A DNA stretch of 64,000 nt from Gaiella sp. (GCA_036265415.1 DATAPC010000085.1:9449-73448); one strand, 5' to 3'. Counted from the first letter of the stretch, positions 10,088-19,526 are shown. Program-made: numbers and translations. Notes: generated from the letters alone by a model not told the origin.

Positions 10088-10828
10088 ATGACGAAGCGAA
10101 CGGGGACGAAGCAGAGCGAGGCACGCAGCCAGGTGCTCGACCTGATCGAGCAGCTCGGTGTGGGGGAGGCGATTCCGTCCGAGCGCCAGCTCTCGGCGAG
10201 CCTCGGCATGTCCCGCCTCACGGTGCGCGCGGCGCTCGACGAGCTCGTGCGGGAGGGCCTCCTCGTGCGCCGGCACGGTAGCGGCACGTTCGTGAGCGAG
10301 CCGAAGATCGCGCAGGAGCTGACGATGACCTCGTTCACGGAGGACATGGCCAGGCGGGGGATGGTGCCCGCGAGCCGCACGCTCGACCTTCGCATCGCCC
10401 CGGCGGGCGCGCACCTCGGGCGGCTCCTGCACGTCTCGCCCTCGGAGCCGGTCGTGATCATCAGCCGGCTCCGCCTCGCGGACCGCGAGACGATGGCGAT
10501 CGAGACGCTCCACGTCCGGGAGTCGCTCGTCCCGGGTCTCTCTGCGCACGATCTCGAACGTCAGTCGTTCTACGAGCTCCTGCTCGACCGCTACGGCATC
10601 GACATCGTCGGAGGCCTGCAGACGATCGAGCCGACCGTCACCAACGAGACGGAGTCCGACGCGCTCGGCGTGCCGCTGCACTCGCCTGCGTTCCTCTTCG
10701 AGCGCACGACGCGCTCGTCGACCGGCGAGATCGTCGAGTACGTCCGCTCGATCTATCGCGGCGACCGCTACAAGCTCGTCACGGAGCTCAACCGCTCGCC
10801 TGTGCGGCGCAATGGCGGCGGGGACTGA
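10088..10828 (+). CDS. dasR: GntR/HutC-family regulator, DasR/NagR-like
   Basis: IPSERQLS..GMSRLTVRAALDELVREG..HGSGTFV, LTMTSFTEDM, UTRA domain ending SIYRGDRYKL; amino-sugar context. Confidence 0.85.
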   Translation: MTKRTGTKQSEARSQVLDLIEQLGVGEAIPSERQLSASLGMSRLTVRAALDELVREGLLVRRHGSGTFVSEPKIAQELTMTSFTEDMARRGMVPASRTLDLRIAPAGAHLGRLLHVSPSEPVVIISRLRLADRETMAIETLHVRESLVPGLSAHDLERQSFYELLLDRYGIDIVGGLQTIEPTVTNETESDALGVPLHSPAFLFERTTRSSTGEIVEYVRSIYRGDRYKLVTELNRSPVRRNGGGD

Positions 10829-10839
10829 CACTGATCCGT

Positions 10840-10855
10840 AGTGGTCAATACCACA
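10840..10855. promoter_or_regulatory. dre-like operator
   Basis: AGTGGTCAATACCACA. Confidence 0.7.
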
Positions 10856-10927
10856 AAGCGCAACAGCGAGCCATCATCGATCAGCTTGCTTCCCATGGAT
10901 TCATGGGTTTACAGCGTCCTGAACATA

Positions 10928-10963
10928 AGTGGTCTTGACATCATCGGGGTTCTGTGCCAGTGT
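10928..10963 (+). promoter_or_regulatory. Promoter of the ABC operon with a dre-like site over the -35
   Basis: AGTGGTCTTGACATCA contains TTGACA (10935-10940); 17 nt downstream is TGC-CAGTGT. Confidence 0.6.
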
Positions 10964-10978
10964 TCCGATCCGTGGCCG

Positions 10979-10994
10979 ATTGGTATGAGCCAGT
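10979..10994. promoter_or_regulatory. dre-like operator
   Basis: ATTGGTATGAGCCAGT. Confidence 0.65.
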
Positions 10995-11078
10995 AGGCGG
11001 TTGCGTCGCTCGCCCCGCCGGTCACCGGGACTCCGGAGCGACCGTCTCCGCCTACCGATGCGCTTGGGGGTACCGCCC

Positions 11079-12314
11079 ATGAGAGCACGCATCATCGGCG
11101 CCGCCGTTCTCGTCGGCGTCGCCCTCGCAGTCGTCGCGTCGACCGCCTCCGGCGGCACGCAGGCGTCCAGCAGCATCACCGTCTGGCTGCAGACGGACGC
11201 GAACAAGGACAACTGGAAGGCGATCATCGCGGCTGCGACGGCCGACTTCCAGCGCCAGCACCCGGGTGTCGCAGTCGACGTGCAGTTCCAGACCTGGGGG
11301 AGCCACCTGCAGAAGTTCGACGCGACGCTCGCAGGCGGCAACGCTCCGGACGTCATCGAGATGGGCAACACGGAGATGGCGAAGTACATGGGTGCGGGGG
11401 CGTTCCAGGACCTCACCGCGGATCGCGGCTCGTTCGCGAACTCGAGCACCTGGCTCGACGGCCTCGCGGCCCAGGGCCGCCTGGAGGGAAAGACCTACGG
11501 CGTGCCGTACTACGCCGGGGCAAGGGTCGTGACGTATCGGACCGACCTCTTCAAGAAGGCCGGGATCAAGGTGCCGACCAGCCTTGCGGAGTACACGGCG
11601 GCAGCACGGAAGCTCGGCCGGCAGCAGGGCGACCGCCGCTTCTCGCCGGTGTACGTCGCCGGGACGGACTGGTACGTCGCGATGGGCTTCGTCTACGACT
11701 TCGGCGGCACGATCGCGCAGAAGGTGAGCGGCAAGTGGAAGGGCACGCTGGCGTCACCGAGGTCGATCGCGGGGCTGACGGCGTACAAGAACTTCTTCAC
11801 CGCGGCCTCGCGCGCGAGCAAGACGACGGACGAGACCCACCCCAATCCGTACGACGTGTACGCGCAGGGCAACGCCGGCTCGATGCTCGGGCCGGGGTGG
11901 TACACGTGTTGCGTCGGGGACAAGTACAAGGGCTCGACCGCGCAGTTCGTGATGCCGAGCCACACCAAGGGCCAGTCGATGCCGGGCTTCCTCGGGGGGT
12001 CGCTCCTCGCCGTGCCCGTGGGCGTGAACAAGTCGCTCGCGGTCGACTGGATCAAGGCCTACACGAGCAATCAGTCGATGACGGCGCTTCGCGCGATCGG
12101 CAACATCCCCAACACGACGAGCCTCCTCGGCAACACAATCGCAGAGCGCGCGGCGAAGCGGAGCTGGTTCGTCCCGACGGCGAAGAACTGGGTCAACGTC
12201 GAGAACGGCAACATCCTCCGCAACATGCTGGCGCAGATCCTGACCGGCAAGTTGACGGTCCGTCAGGCGGCACAGGCCGCGAGCGACAACATCACCTCGG
12301 TCCTCAACGCATGA
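11079..12314 (+). CDS. Sugar ABC transporter substrate-binding protein (DasA-like)
   Basis: Signal peptide; APDVIEMGNT, YGVPYYAGARVVTYRTDLF, FLGGS.LAVP. Confidence 0.9.
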   Translation: MRARIIGAAVLVGVALAVVASTASGGTQASSSITVWLQTDANKDNWKAIIAAATADFQRQHPGVAVDVQFQTWGSHLQKFDATLAGGNAPDVIEMGNTEMAKYMGAGAFQDLTADRGSFANSSTWLDGLAAQGRLEGKTYGVPYYAGARVVTYRTDLFKKAGIKVPTSLAEYTAAARKLGRQQGDRRFSPVYVAGTDWYVAMGFVYDFGGTIAQKVSGKWKGTLASPRSIAGLTAYKNFFTAASRASKTTDETHPNPYDVYAQGNAGSMLGPGWYTCCVGDKYKGSTAQFVMPSHTKGQSMPGFLGGSLLAVPVGVNKSLAVDWIKAYTSNQSMTALRAIGNIPNTTSLLGNTIAERAAKRSWFVPTAKNWVNVENGNILRNMLAQILTGKLTVRQAAQAASDNITSVLNA

Positions 12315-12338
12315 AGGTGACGCGGGACGCGGATCACG

Positions 12339-13322
12339 GTGAGCCGTAGTTCCGCCCCGCAGGCAGCGGCAGTCGCCGCCGAGCACCCGGCGATGGGGAC
12401 TCGGCGGCGGCAGCCGTTGTCGCTCCAGCGTGTCGGCGCGGCCGCCGTGCCGTACCTGTTGATCCTCCCGGTGGTCGTCGCGATCGGCGCGATCCTCGGG
12501 TACCCGCTCTACCGGCTGGTCGTGCTCTCGTTCCAGCGTTACGGCCTGCCCGAGCTCATCCAGCGCAAGGGCGAGTGGGTCGGGCTCGACAACTACCGCT
12601 CGGTGCTGGGCGACTCCGTCTTCTGGGACACGCTCGGCCGGACGGTCGTCTTCACGGCGGTGAACGTCGGGCTGACCATCGTCATCGGTCTGCTCCTCGC
12701 GCTGCTGCTCGTCCGCCTCTCGGCGCCTGTGCGGATCCTGCTGACCACCGCGCTCGTGCTCGTCTGGGCGATGCCCGCGGTCGTCGCCGTCCAGGTCTGG
12801 TACTGGATGACGAACTTCCAGAACGGCATGCTGAACCACGTCCTGACGAGCCTTCACGTGGGCGACTTTGTCCTGCACGATTGGTACGCGACGACGTTCT
12901 CCCAGCTCGCGATGGTGACGCTCCTGATCGTCTGGGGAGCGGTCCCCTTCGTGGCGATCACGCTGTACGCCGGTCTGGCGCAGGTCCCGCGCGAGCTGCT
13001 CGAGGCCGCCTCCATCGATGGCGCCGGCGGCTGGCGCTCGTTCCGCGACGTGACGCTTCCCGTGCTCAAGCCGATCCTGCTCGTCCTCACGAGCCTCTCG
13101 ATCATCTGGGACTTCGGCGTGTTCACGCAGCCGTACCTGCTGATCGGCGCGTCGCACGTCGACTCGTCGAACTACCTGATGGGCGTCTACGTGTACATCG
13201 AGGGGTACGCGCACTCGGACTTCGGTCGCGGCGCGGCGATCTCGATCCTGATGCTCCTCATCGTCGCGGCGCTGAGCGTCGTCTACGTGCGCCGCATGGT
13301 GAAGCTCGAGGACGTCACGTGA
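12339..13322 (+). CDS. Carbohydrate ABC transporter permease (DasB-like)
   Basis: Multiple TMs; VGLDNY; ELLEAASIDGAGGW EAA motif. Confidence 0.92.
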   Translation: MSRSSAPQAAAVAAEHPAMGTRRRQPLSLQRVGAAAVPYLLILPVVVAIGAILGYPLYRLVVLSFQRYGLPELIQRKGEWVGLDNYRSVLGDSVFWDTLGRTVVFTAVNVGLTIVIGLLLALLLVRLSAPVRILLTTALVLVWAMPAVVAVQVWYWMTNFQNGMLNHVLTSLHVGDFVLHDWYATTFSQLAMVTLLIVWGAVPFVAITLYAGLAQVPRELLEAASIDGAGGWRSFRDVTLPVLKPILLVLTSLSIIWDFGVFTQPYLLIGASHVDSSNYLMGVYVYIEGYAHSDFGRGAAISILMLLIVAALSVVYVRRMVKLEDVT

Positions 13323-14191
13323 GCACCGCTTCGCTGCCGGCCGGCGCGCGCCGTCGTCGTCGCGGCCGAGCCCTTCGCCGGCGTGCCTGGGACCTCCTCG
13401 GGCTCGCCCTGTTCGTCGTCCTCGTGTTCCCCGTCTTCTGGATGGTCTCGACGGCCTTCAAGCCCGACGACGAGATCAACACCGCCGAGCCGACCTGGTT
13501 CCCGCGCGATCCGACCCTCGACCACTTCCGGGACGCGATGAATCGCCCCTACTTCTGGCAGATCGTCGAGAACAGCCTGATCGTTGTGCTCGTGGCTGTG
13601 GGCGTGTCGATCGCGGTCGCGTTCGTCGCCGCCGTGGCCCTCGCGAAGTACCGCTTCACCGGCCGGAAGCTGTTCGTCGTGCTCATGATCGGGATCCTGA
13701 TGCTGCCCGCGGTGGGGCTCGTGATCCCGCTCTACGTCGTGCTCGCCCGGTACCACCTGACGAACACGCTGACGGGCGTCATCGTCACGTACATCACGTT
13801 TGTCCTTCCGTTCGCCGTGTGGACGCTGCGCGGCTTCGTCCTGGGGATCCCCAAGGACCTCGAGGAGGCCGCCATGGTCGACGGCTCGACACGGCTCGGG
13901 GCGTTCGTGCGGATCCTGCTGCCGCTCGTCGCGCCCGGGCTCGTCGCGACGTCCGTGTTCGCGTTCATCCAGGCGTGGAACGAGTACGTCTTCGCGAGCG
14001 TGATCCTCACCGACCAGCAGAACCACACAGTCACCGTCTGGCTGTCGTACTTCCTCGGCACGAGCCGCAATACGGACTGGGGCGCGCTGATGGCGGCGTC
14101 GACGCTGACCGCGCTGCCGGTCATCGTCTTCTTCCTCCTGGTACAGCGGCGGATCGCGTTCGGCCTGACCTCCGGCGCCGTGCGCGGGTAG
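13319..14191 (+). CDS. Carbohydrate ABC transporter permease (DasC-like)
   Basis: FPVFWMVSTAFK, IPKDLEEAAMVDG, AWNEY, WGALMAAS; GTG overlaps upstream stop. Confidence 0.92.
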   Translation: MSTASLPAGARRRRRGRALRRRAWDLLGLALFVVLVFPVFWMVSTAFKPDDEINTAEPTWFPRDPTLDHFRDAMNRPYFWQIVENSLIVVLVAVGVSIAVAFVAAVALAKYRFTGRKLFVVLMIGILMLPAVGLVIPLYVVLARYHLTNTLTGVIVTYITFVLPFAVWTLRGFVLGIPKDLEEAAMVDGSTRLGAFVRILLPLVAPGLVATSVFAFIQAWNEYVFASVILTDQQNHTVTVWLSYFLGTSRNTDWGALMAASTLTALPVIVFFLLVQRRIAFGLTSGAVRG

Positions 14192-14197
14192 CGGCCG

Positions 14198-15706
14198 GTG
14201 GGCCGCGCCCCGGCGTTTCCGCCGGTGATCCCCAAGCCGCTGGCCGTCGCGCCGGGCCGGGGCGCGTTCGAGCTCGGCCCGTCCGCACGGATCCACGTCG
14301 ACGGCCGGAACGCGGAGGCCGTGCGCGTGGCGCGGTTCCTCGCCGAGCGCCTGCGGCCGGCGACGGGATTCCGGCTTCCGGTTTCGGTGAAGCGGCGCCC
14401 GGCCGCGGCCGGCGACGTCGTCCTCGCGCTCGCGCCCGGGAACCGCTCGCTGGGAGACGAGGGGTACCGAGTCCGCGTCGAGCCCGGCCTGGTGCGGCTC
14501 GACGCACGCACGCCCGCGGGCCTCTTCTACGCCGTGCAGACGCTCCGCCAGCTCCTTCCCGCGGCGGTCGAGTCGCCGCGGCGGCAACCGGGACCGTGGC
14601 GGATCGGCGTGCTGACGATCCACGACCGGCCTCGCTTCGGCTGGCGCGGCCTGATGCTCGACGTGGCGCGCCACTTCTTCGACGTCGGGGAGGTGAAGCG
14701 GCTGATCGACCTCATGTCGCTCTACAAGCTGAACCGCCTCCACCTCCACCTCACGGACGACCAGGGCTGGAGGATCGCGATCCGCTCCCGGCCGAACCTG
14801 ACGCGCGTCGGCGCGAGCACCGCCGTGGGGGGCGGCCCCGGTGGCCACTACACCAGACGTCGGTACGCCGAGCTCGTCAAGCACGCGCGGCGCCGCTTCG
14901 TCGACGTCGTGCCGGAGGTCGACATGCCCGGCCACGTCAACGCGGCCCTAACGTCGTACGCGGAGCTCACGCCGGACGGCGTCGCGGCGGCGCCCTACAC
15001 GGGGATCGAGGTCGGGTTCAGCTCGCTGTCCATCCGCAAGGAGTCGACCTACGCGTTCGTCGACGACGTCCTCGGCGAGCTCGCGGCGCTCACACCCGGC
15101 CGGTATCTTCACGTGGGCGGAGACGAGCCGCTCTCGACCGAGCCGGAGGACTACCGCTTCTTCGTCGAGCGCGTCCAGCGGATCGTGCACTCGCACGGCA
15201 AGCGCGCGATCCTCTGGGAGGAGGCGGCGCGTGCGAGGCTGCGGCGGTCGGCCGTCATCCAGCACTGGCACGACCCGGAGCTCGCGCGGCGAGCCGTCGG
15301 ACAGGGCGCGAAGCTTGTGCTCTCGCCCTCGACGCGCGTGTACCTCGACATGAAGTACGACCGCGATTCGCCGCATGGCCTCGAGTGGGCCGGCCTGACG
15401 AACGTACGGAAGGCGTACGACTGGGATCCCTCCGGCGTCGTCGCGGGGATCTCCGAGCGGGACGTCCTGGGTGTGGAGGCGCCGCTCTGGTCGGAGACGA
15501 TCGACACGCGCGCCGGCCTCGATTGGCTCGCGTTCCCGCGGCTTCTGGGCGTCGCCGAGGCAGGCTGGTCGCCGGCGGGGCGGAACTGGCGGGAGTACCG
15601 GATGCGGCTCGCCGAGCACGGGCCGCGCCTCGAGGCGCTCGGCGTCGGCTTCCATCGCGCTGCGGGCATTCCCTGGCCCGAGGTCGGCCGGAACCCTCGC
15701 AAGTGA
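14198..15706 (+). CDS. Beta-N-acetylhexosaminidase, GH20
   Basis: DRPRFGWRGLMLDVARHF, HLHLTDDQGWR, PEVDMPGH, catalytic HVGGDE, EAPLWSE. Confidence 0.95.
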   Translation: MGRAPAFPPVIPKPLAVAPGRGAFELGPSARIHVDGRNAEAVRVARFLAERLRPATGFRLPVSVKRRPAAAGDVVLALAPGNRSLGDEGYRVRVEPGLVRLDARTPAGLFYAVQTLRQLLPAAVESPRRQPGPWRIGVLTIHDRPRFGWRGLMLDVARHFFDVGEVKRLIDLMSLYKLNRLHLHLTDDQGWRIAIRSRPNLTRVGASTAVGGGPGGHYTRRRYAELVKHARRRFVDVVPEVDMPGHVNAALTSYAELTPDGVAAAPYTGIEVGFSSLSIRKESTYAFVDDVLGELAALTPGRYLHVGGDEPLSTEPEDYRFFVERVQRIVHSHGKRAILWEEAARARLRRSAVIQHWHDPELARRAVGQGAKLVLSPSTRVYLDMKYDRDSPHGLEWAGLTNVRKAYDWDPSGVVAGISERDVLGVEAPLWSETIDTRAGLDWLAFPRLLGVAEAGWSPAGRNWREYRMRLAEHGPRLEALGVGFHRAAGIPWPEVGRNPRK

Positions 15707-15718
15707 CAAGTTGTCACT
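15702..15718. repeat. 17-bp palindrome at the GH20 stop
   Basis: AGTGACAA-G-TTGTCACT. Confidence 0.6.
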
Positions 15719-15755
15719 CGCTCCTTTGGGCGCGCCCCGGCGGGGCGAAGCCGCG

Positions 15756-16289
15756 TCAGCGGCCGCCGGTGATCGAGCCGAGGCCGGTGTTCAGGCGGGC
15801 GTCGGGGCAGGTGCCCCAGTAGCCGCGGTGCGCTTTCCGCGCCGCGTCGACGGCGTCCAGGAGCTGCGCGGCGTACCGGCCACGGCCGTTGCGGAAGAAG
15901 TACGGCGAGGCAGCTCCCTCCCGGACGAGCGCGACATTCACGTTCTCGCCCCGGATGAAGACGTAGCGCAGGAGACGCCCGTAGCGGTCGCGGTCGTCGA
16001 GGGCCGCGTCTCGGACGAGCCGCACGGGCGTGCCTTTCGGTGCGAGGGTGACCAGGGCGTCGAGCGCGGCGCGGCCGTAGCAGTCCGTCCCGAGCTCGGG
16101 GGCGTCGATCTGCACCAGCCTCACCTTCGCGCCGTTCGTCAGCGTCAGCGTGTCGCCGTCGTTCACCCATTCGACGACCGCCCTCGCGCTCGCGCCTGCC
16201 GGCTCGGTCGTCGCGCTGGTCTGCGTGCCGGTCCGGCAGGCCGTCGCCAACACGACGAGCAGGAGCGGGATCAGTCGCTCGGCACCCAC
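15756..16289 (-). CDS. Thermonuclease (SNase) family lipoprotein
   Basis: Lipobox-like LATAC; DGDT, VRLVQIDAPE, DRYGRLLRYV, NVALVREGAA, ARKAHRGYWG. Confidence 0.92.
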   Translation of the reverse strand: MGAERLIPLLLVVLATACRTGTQTSATTEPAGASARAVVEWVNDGDTLTLTNGAKVRLVQIDAPELGTDCYGRAALDALVTLAPKGTPVRLVRDAALDDRDRYGRLLRYVFIRGENVNVALVREGAASPYFFRNGRGRYAAQLLDAVDAARKAHRGYWGTCPDARLNTGLGSITGGR

Positions 16290-18700
16290 ACGAGCCGCGT
16301 CTCGAGCACGCGCACGTCGGTCGTCTCGAGCCGGATCTGCAGCGTGTCGACGTCCTCGGCGGTCGCCTTCCAGCGCTCGTCGATCTCGGCGATCTCCTCG
16401 AGGATCTCCTGCTCGAGCTCGGCGAGGTCGTCCTTCGTCGCCTGAACCTTGTCCTCCGCCGATTCCCTGCGCTCGGACGTGCGGGCGGTCATACCCCTGC
16501 GGGACGCCGCGCCGCCGATCGCGCTCGCCATCGACCGGGCGCTGCGTCGTCCGCCGAACAGCGCGCCGAGCACCGCTCCCGCGCCGGAGATCAGCTCGCT
16601 CGCCTGCCGGGTGCGGGTGTCGGTATCGAGCTCCTCGACGCGCCGTTGCGCCTGGGCGAGCGCCTTGTCGAGCCGGTCGCGCTTGGCTTCGAGCCGGTCG
16701 CGGATCTTCGCCGACTCGGCGTCTGCGCGCTCCTGCGCGACCGCATCGCAGCGCTTGGCGAAGTCCTCTGGACTCTCACCCGGGCGCGAGACGAGCTTGA
16801 GCGCGCGGTTCCGCTGCAGCTCGAGCGGGCGCCGGTCGACGAGGTGGCGCTGGATGTCCTTCGCCGTCGTGGTGAAGAACTTCCCGTCGCCTACGGGCGC
16901 CTGCGGAAGGACGTACGCCGCGCCCGCAGGGGCAGTCGTGGAGAAGTCGCGGTCGTCGTAGTCGACCTGCGTCTCGCCGTCGAGATCGAGGCCTCCGTCG
17001 AGCGGCCCGTAGACCGCCTCGAACTCCTCCTGCTCGTCGATGTCGGCGGCGGTGTCGTCGTAGCGCAGCGACACCCGCGCGGCGAGAAAGGCACGGAGCC
17101 GGCTCGAGCCGGCCGTCGCGCCGACGTCCTTCCCCCAGGCGGCGGCCGGGTCGAGGTACGAGACGGCGATGCCCGTGGCCACGGGCGGCGGAATCGGCGT
17201 CTCGTCGGACGCCAGCTCGCGGTCGGGCGTCGCAGGCGGGGGAGCGGCGGCGACCGGCGTGGACGCAGGCACGGCCTCCGCCGGCTCGGACGGCGTCGCC
17301 GCCGGGCCGGCGGCCACGGGCTTCAGCTTCGCGACCTGCTCCTTCGTCAGCGGCCCACAGAGGTACGACATCGCCCAGCGGGTCGCGAGCAGGCGCCGGG
17401 CGTTCGTCTTCGCGGAGACGAGGAGGAACTGACGCTTGCCGAGCGCACCGATCGCCTTGTCGAGCCCGGCGACGTCGGTCGTCCCGGCGGCCGAGCGCAG
17501 GCCCTCGAGTACGCGCGCCTTGTCGTTCTCCGTCTGCAGTCGGCCGACGAGCCACGTCCCGGCGTTCGACATCGCCTTGTAGTCGAGGTCGACGGGGTTC
17601 TGCGTGGAGAGCACGAGCCCCATGCCGAAGGCGCGGCCCTGCTTGAAGATCGTCAGGATCGGCTTCTTCGCCGGCGGCGCGGCGGACGGCGGGACGTAGC
17701 CGAACACCTCGTCCATGTACGCGAGCGCACGCAGGTCGGGCGTGCCCGCCTGGCCGCGCATCCACGTCACGAGCTTCGAGAACACGAGGGTGACGACGAA
17801 CTGACGCTCCTCCTCGGAGAGGTGGGCAAGGTAGACGACGGCGCACCGCGGCTTCCCGTCCGCCGTGAAGAGCAGCTTCTGCGGATCGAGCGGCTCGCCC
17901 TCCCCCCAGGCAGAGAACGACGGGGACGCCACGAGCGCGTTGAGCGTGAACGCGAGCTTCGTCCGGTCGGCCGGCGGAAAGAACTGGTCGACCTCGAAGA
18001 CGCCGAGCTTGCGGATCGGCGGCGTCTGGATCTCGCCGATCAGGGCCCCGAGGTCGAGGTCGCGGCCGGCTCGCCACGCGTTCTCGATCAGGTTCGAGAC
18101 GAGCACGTGCTCGCGGCTCGAGAGCGGATCCGCCTGGATGCCGACGAGCGCGAGCAGGCTCGTCACCGTGCCCTCGATCTCGTCGCGCAGCGTCTCGGCA
18201 TCCGTGTCCCACGAGAGCGGAGGAGCCTCCAGCGAGCCGACGACGTCGAGCGGGACGCCGGCCGTCGAGCCGGGCGTGTAGATCGTCACGTCGGCGGCGT
18301 CCTCGAGCGCCTGCAGCCGCTCGGGGCCGATTCCGTTCGACGCGAGCCCCTCGCGCCAGATCGTCGCCTGCTTTTCGGCGTACTCGTCGACCGACACGCC
18401 CGCGGCCTGCGCCTCCGCCTCGCTCACCCACGGCCGGAAGCTCGCGGGCGCGAGGTCCGGGAAGACGAGGGCGAGGTTCGTCATGTCGCCCTTGGGATCG
18501 AGCACGAGGGTCGGGATCCCCGAGAGGAGCGCCTCCTCGAGCAGCACGACGGCGAGGCCCGTCTTGCCGGAGCCGGTCATGCCGACGACGACACCGTGCG
18601 TCGTGAGGTCGCTCGATCCGACGACGACCTCGGTGGCCCCGGGCTTGCCGGTCGCCGGGTCGATCTCGTACCCGATGTGGAACGAGCCACGGTCGGCCAT
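16271..18700 (-). CDS. HerA/FtsK-superfamily (DUF87-like) ATPase with coiled-coil C-terminus
   Basis: THGVVVGMTGSGKT Walker A, LDPKGD, YMDEVFG Walker B, KQGRAFG..LSTQNPVDLDYK. Confidence 0.88.
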   Translation of the reverse strand: MADRGSFHIGYEIDPATGKPGATEVVVGSSDLTTHGVVVGMTGSGKTGLAVVLLEEALLSGIPTLVLDPKGDMTNLALVFPDLAPASFRPWVSEAEAQAAGVSVDEYAEKQATIWREGLASNGIGPERLQALEDAADVTIYTPGSTAGVPLDVVGSLEAPPLSWDTDAETLRDEIEGTVTSLLALVGIQADPLSSREHVLVSNLIENAWRAGRDLDLGALIGEIQTPPIRKLGVFEVDQFFPPADRTKLAFTLNALVASPSFSAWGEGEPLDPQKLLFTADGKPRCAVVYLAHLSEEERQFVVTLVFSKLVTWMRGQAGTPDLRALAYMDEVFGYVPPSAAPPAKKPILTIFKQGRAFGMGLVLSTQNPVDLDYKAMSNAGTWLVGRLQTENDKARVLEGLRSAAGTTDVAGLDKAIGALGKRQFLLVSAKTNARRLLATRWAMSYLCGPLTKEQVAKLKPVAAGPAATPSEPAEAVPASTPVAAAPPPATPDRELASDETPIPPPVATGIAVSYLDPAAAWGKDVGATAGSSRLRAFLAARVSLRYDDTAADIDEQEEFEAVYGPLDGGLDLDGETQVDYDDRDFSTTAPAGAAYVLPQAPVGDGKFFTTTAKDIQRHLVDRRPLELQRNRALKLVSRPGESPEDFAKRCDAVAQERADAESAKIRDRLEAKRDRLDKALAQAQRRVEELDTDTRTRQASELISGAGAVLGALFGGRRSARSMASAIGGAASRRGMTARTSERRESAEDKVQATKDDLAELEQEILEEIAEIDERWKATAEDVDTLQIRLETTDVRVLETRLVWVPSD

Positions 18701-18725
18701 CGGCCCGGAGTCTAGAGTCACGCGG
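18701..18725. promoter_or_regulatory. Bidirectional leaderless promoter with overlapping -10 hexamers
   Basis: Plus strand TAGAGT(18713-18718)-7nt-ATG; minus strand TAGACT(18714-18709)-8nt-ATG; no room for an RBS. Confidence 0.65.
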
Positions 18726-19526
18726 ATGCTGCACCGACTCGAGGTCGAGCCCGGCACCAAGGCGCGGATCGGCGAACGGGACCCCGACGCCAAGCTCGGC
18801 ATGGACAAGAACGAAGGGGAGACGCGGCTCGCGCGCGTCGTCGAGCGGATCGACACGCTCCAGTCCCGGCTGTACGGAGAGGATCGCCACAGCGTGCTGC
18901 TCGTCCTCCAGGGGCTCGACGCGTCCGGGAAGGACGGTGTCGTCCGGCGCGTGTTCGCGGGGGTCAACCCGATGGGCGTCACCGTGACGTCGTTCAAGGC
19001 CCCGGTCGGCGTCGAGCTCCAGCACGACTACCTGTGGCGGATCCATGCGGCGCTTCCCCGCCGGGGGACCGTCGGCGTCTTCAACCGCTCGCACTACGAG
19101 GACGTGGTCGCAGTGCGGATGTACGAGCTTGCGCCGGAGAGTGTCTGGCGGCCGCGCTACGAGCACATCCGGGCGTTCGAGCGCATGCTCGTCGACGAGG
19201 GGACGACCGTGCTCAAAGTCTTCCTCAACGTCTCCCGCGAGGAGCAGCGCAAGCGGTTCCAGGAGCGGGTCGACGACCCCGAGAAGCGCTGGAAATTCCG
19301 GCGCGACGACCTGAAGGTGCGCGAGCGCTTCGACGAATGGATCGCGGCCTGGGAGGAGGCGCTCACCGAGACGTCGACCGAGTGGGCGCCGTGGTACGTC
19401 GTCCCAGCCGACCGCAACTGGGTGAAGGCGCTCGCAGTCGGGGAGCTCCTCCTCCACGCGCTGGAGCGGCTCGACCCGCAGCTTCCCGACCCGGAGGAAG
19501 GCCTCGAAGGCCTCGTGATCACCTGA
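18726..19526 (+). CDS. ppk2: Polyphosphate kinase 2 family protein
   Basis: LQGLDASGKDG, HDYLWR, FNRSHYEDV, KRWKF, APWYVVPAD. Confidence 0.95.
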   Translation: MLHRLEVEPGTKARIGERDPDAKLGMDKNEGETRLARVVERIDTLQSRLYGEDRHSVLLVLQGLDASGKDGVVRRVFAGVNPMGVTVTSFKAPVGVELQHDYLWRIHAALPRRGTVGVFNRSHYEDVVAVRMYELAPESVWRPRYEHIRAFERMLVDEGTTVLKVFLNVSREEQRKRFQERVDDPEKRWKFRRDDLKVRERFDEWIAAWEEALTETSTEWAPWYVVPADRNWVKALAVGELLLHALERLDPQLPDPEEGLEGLVIT

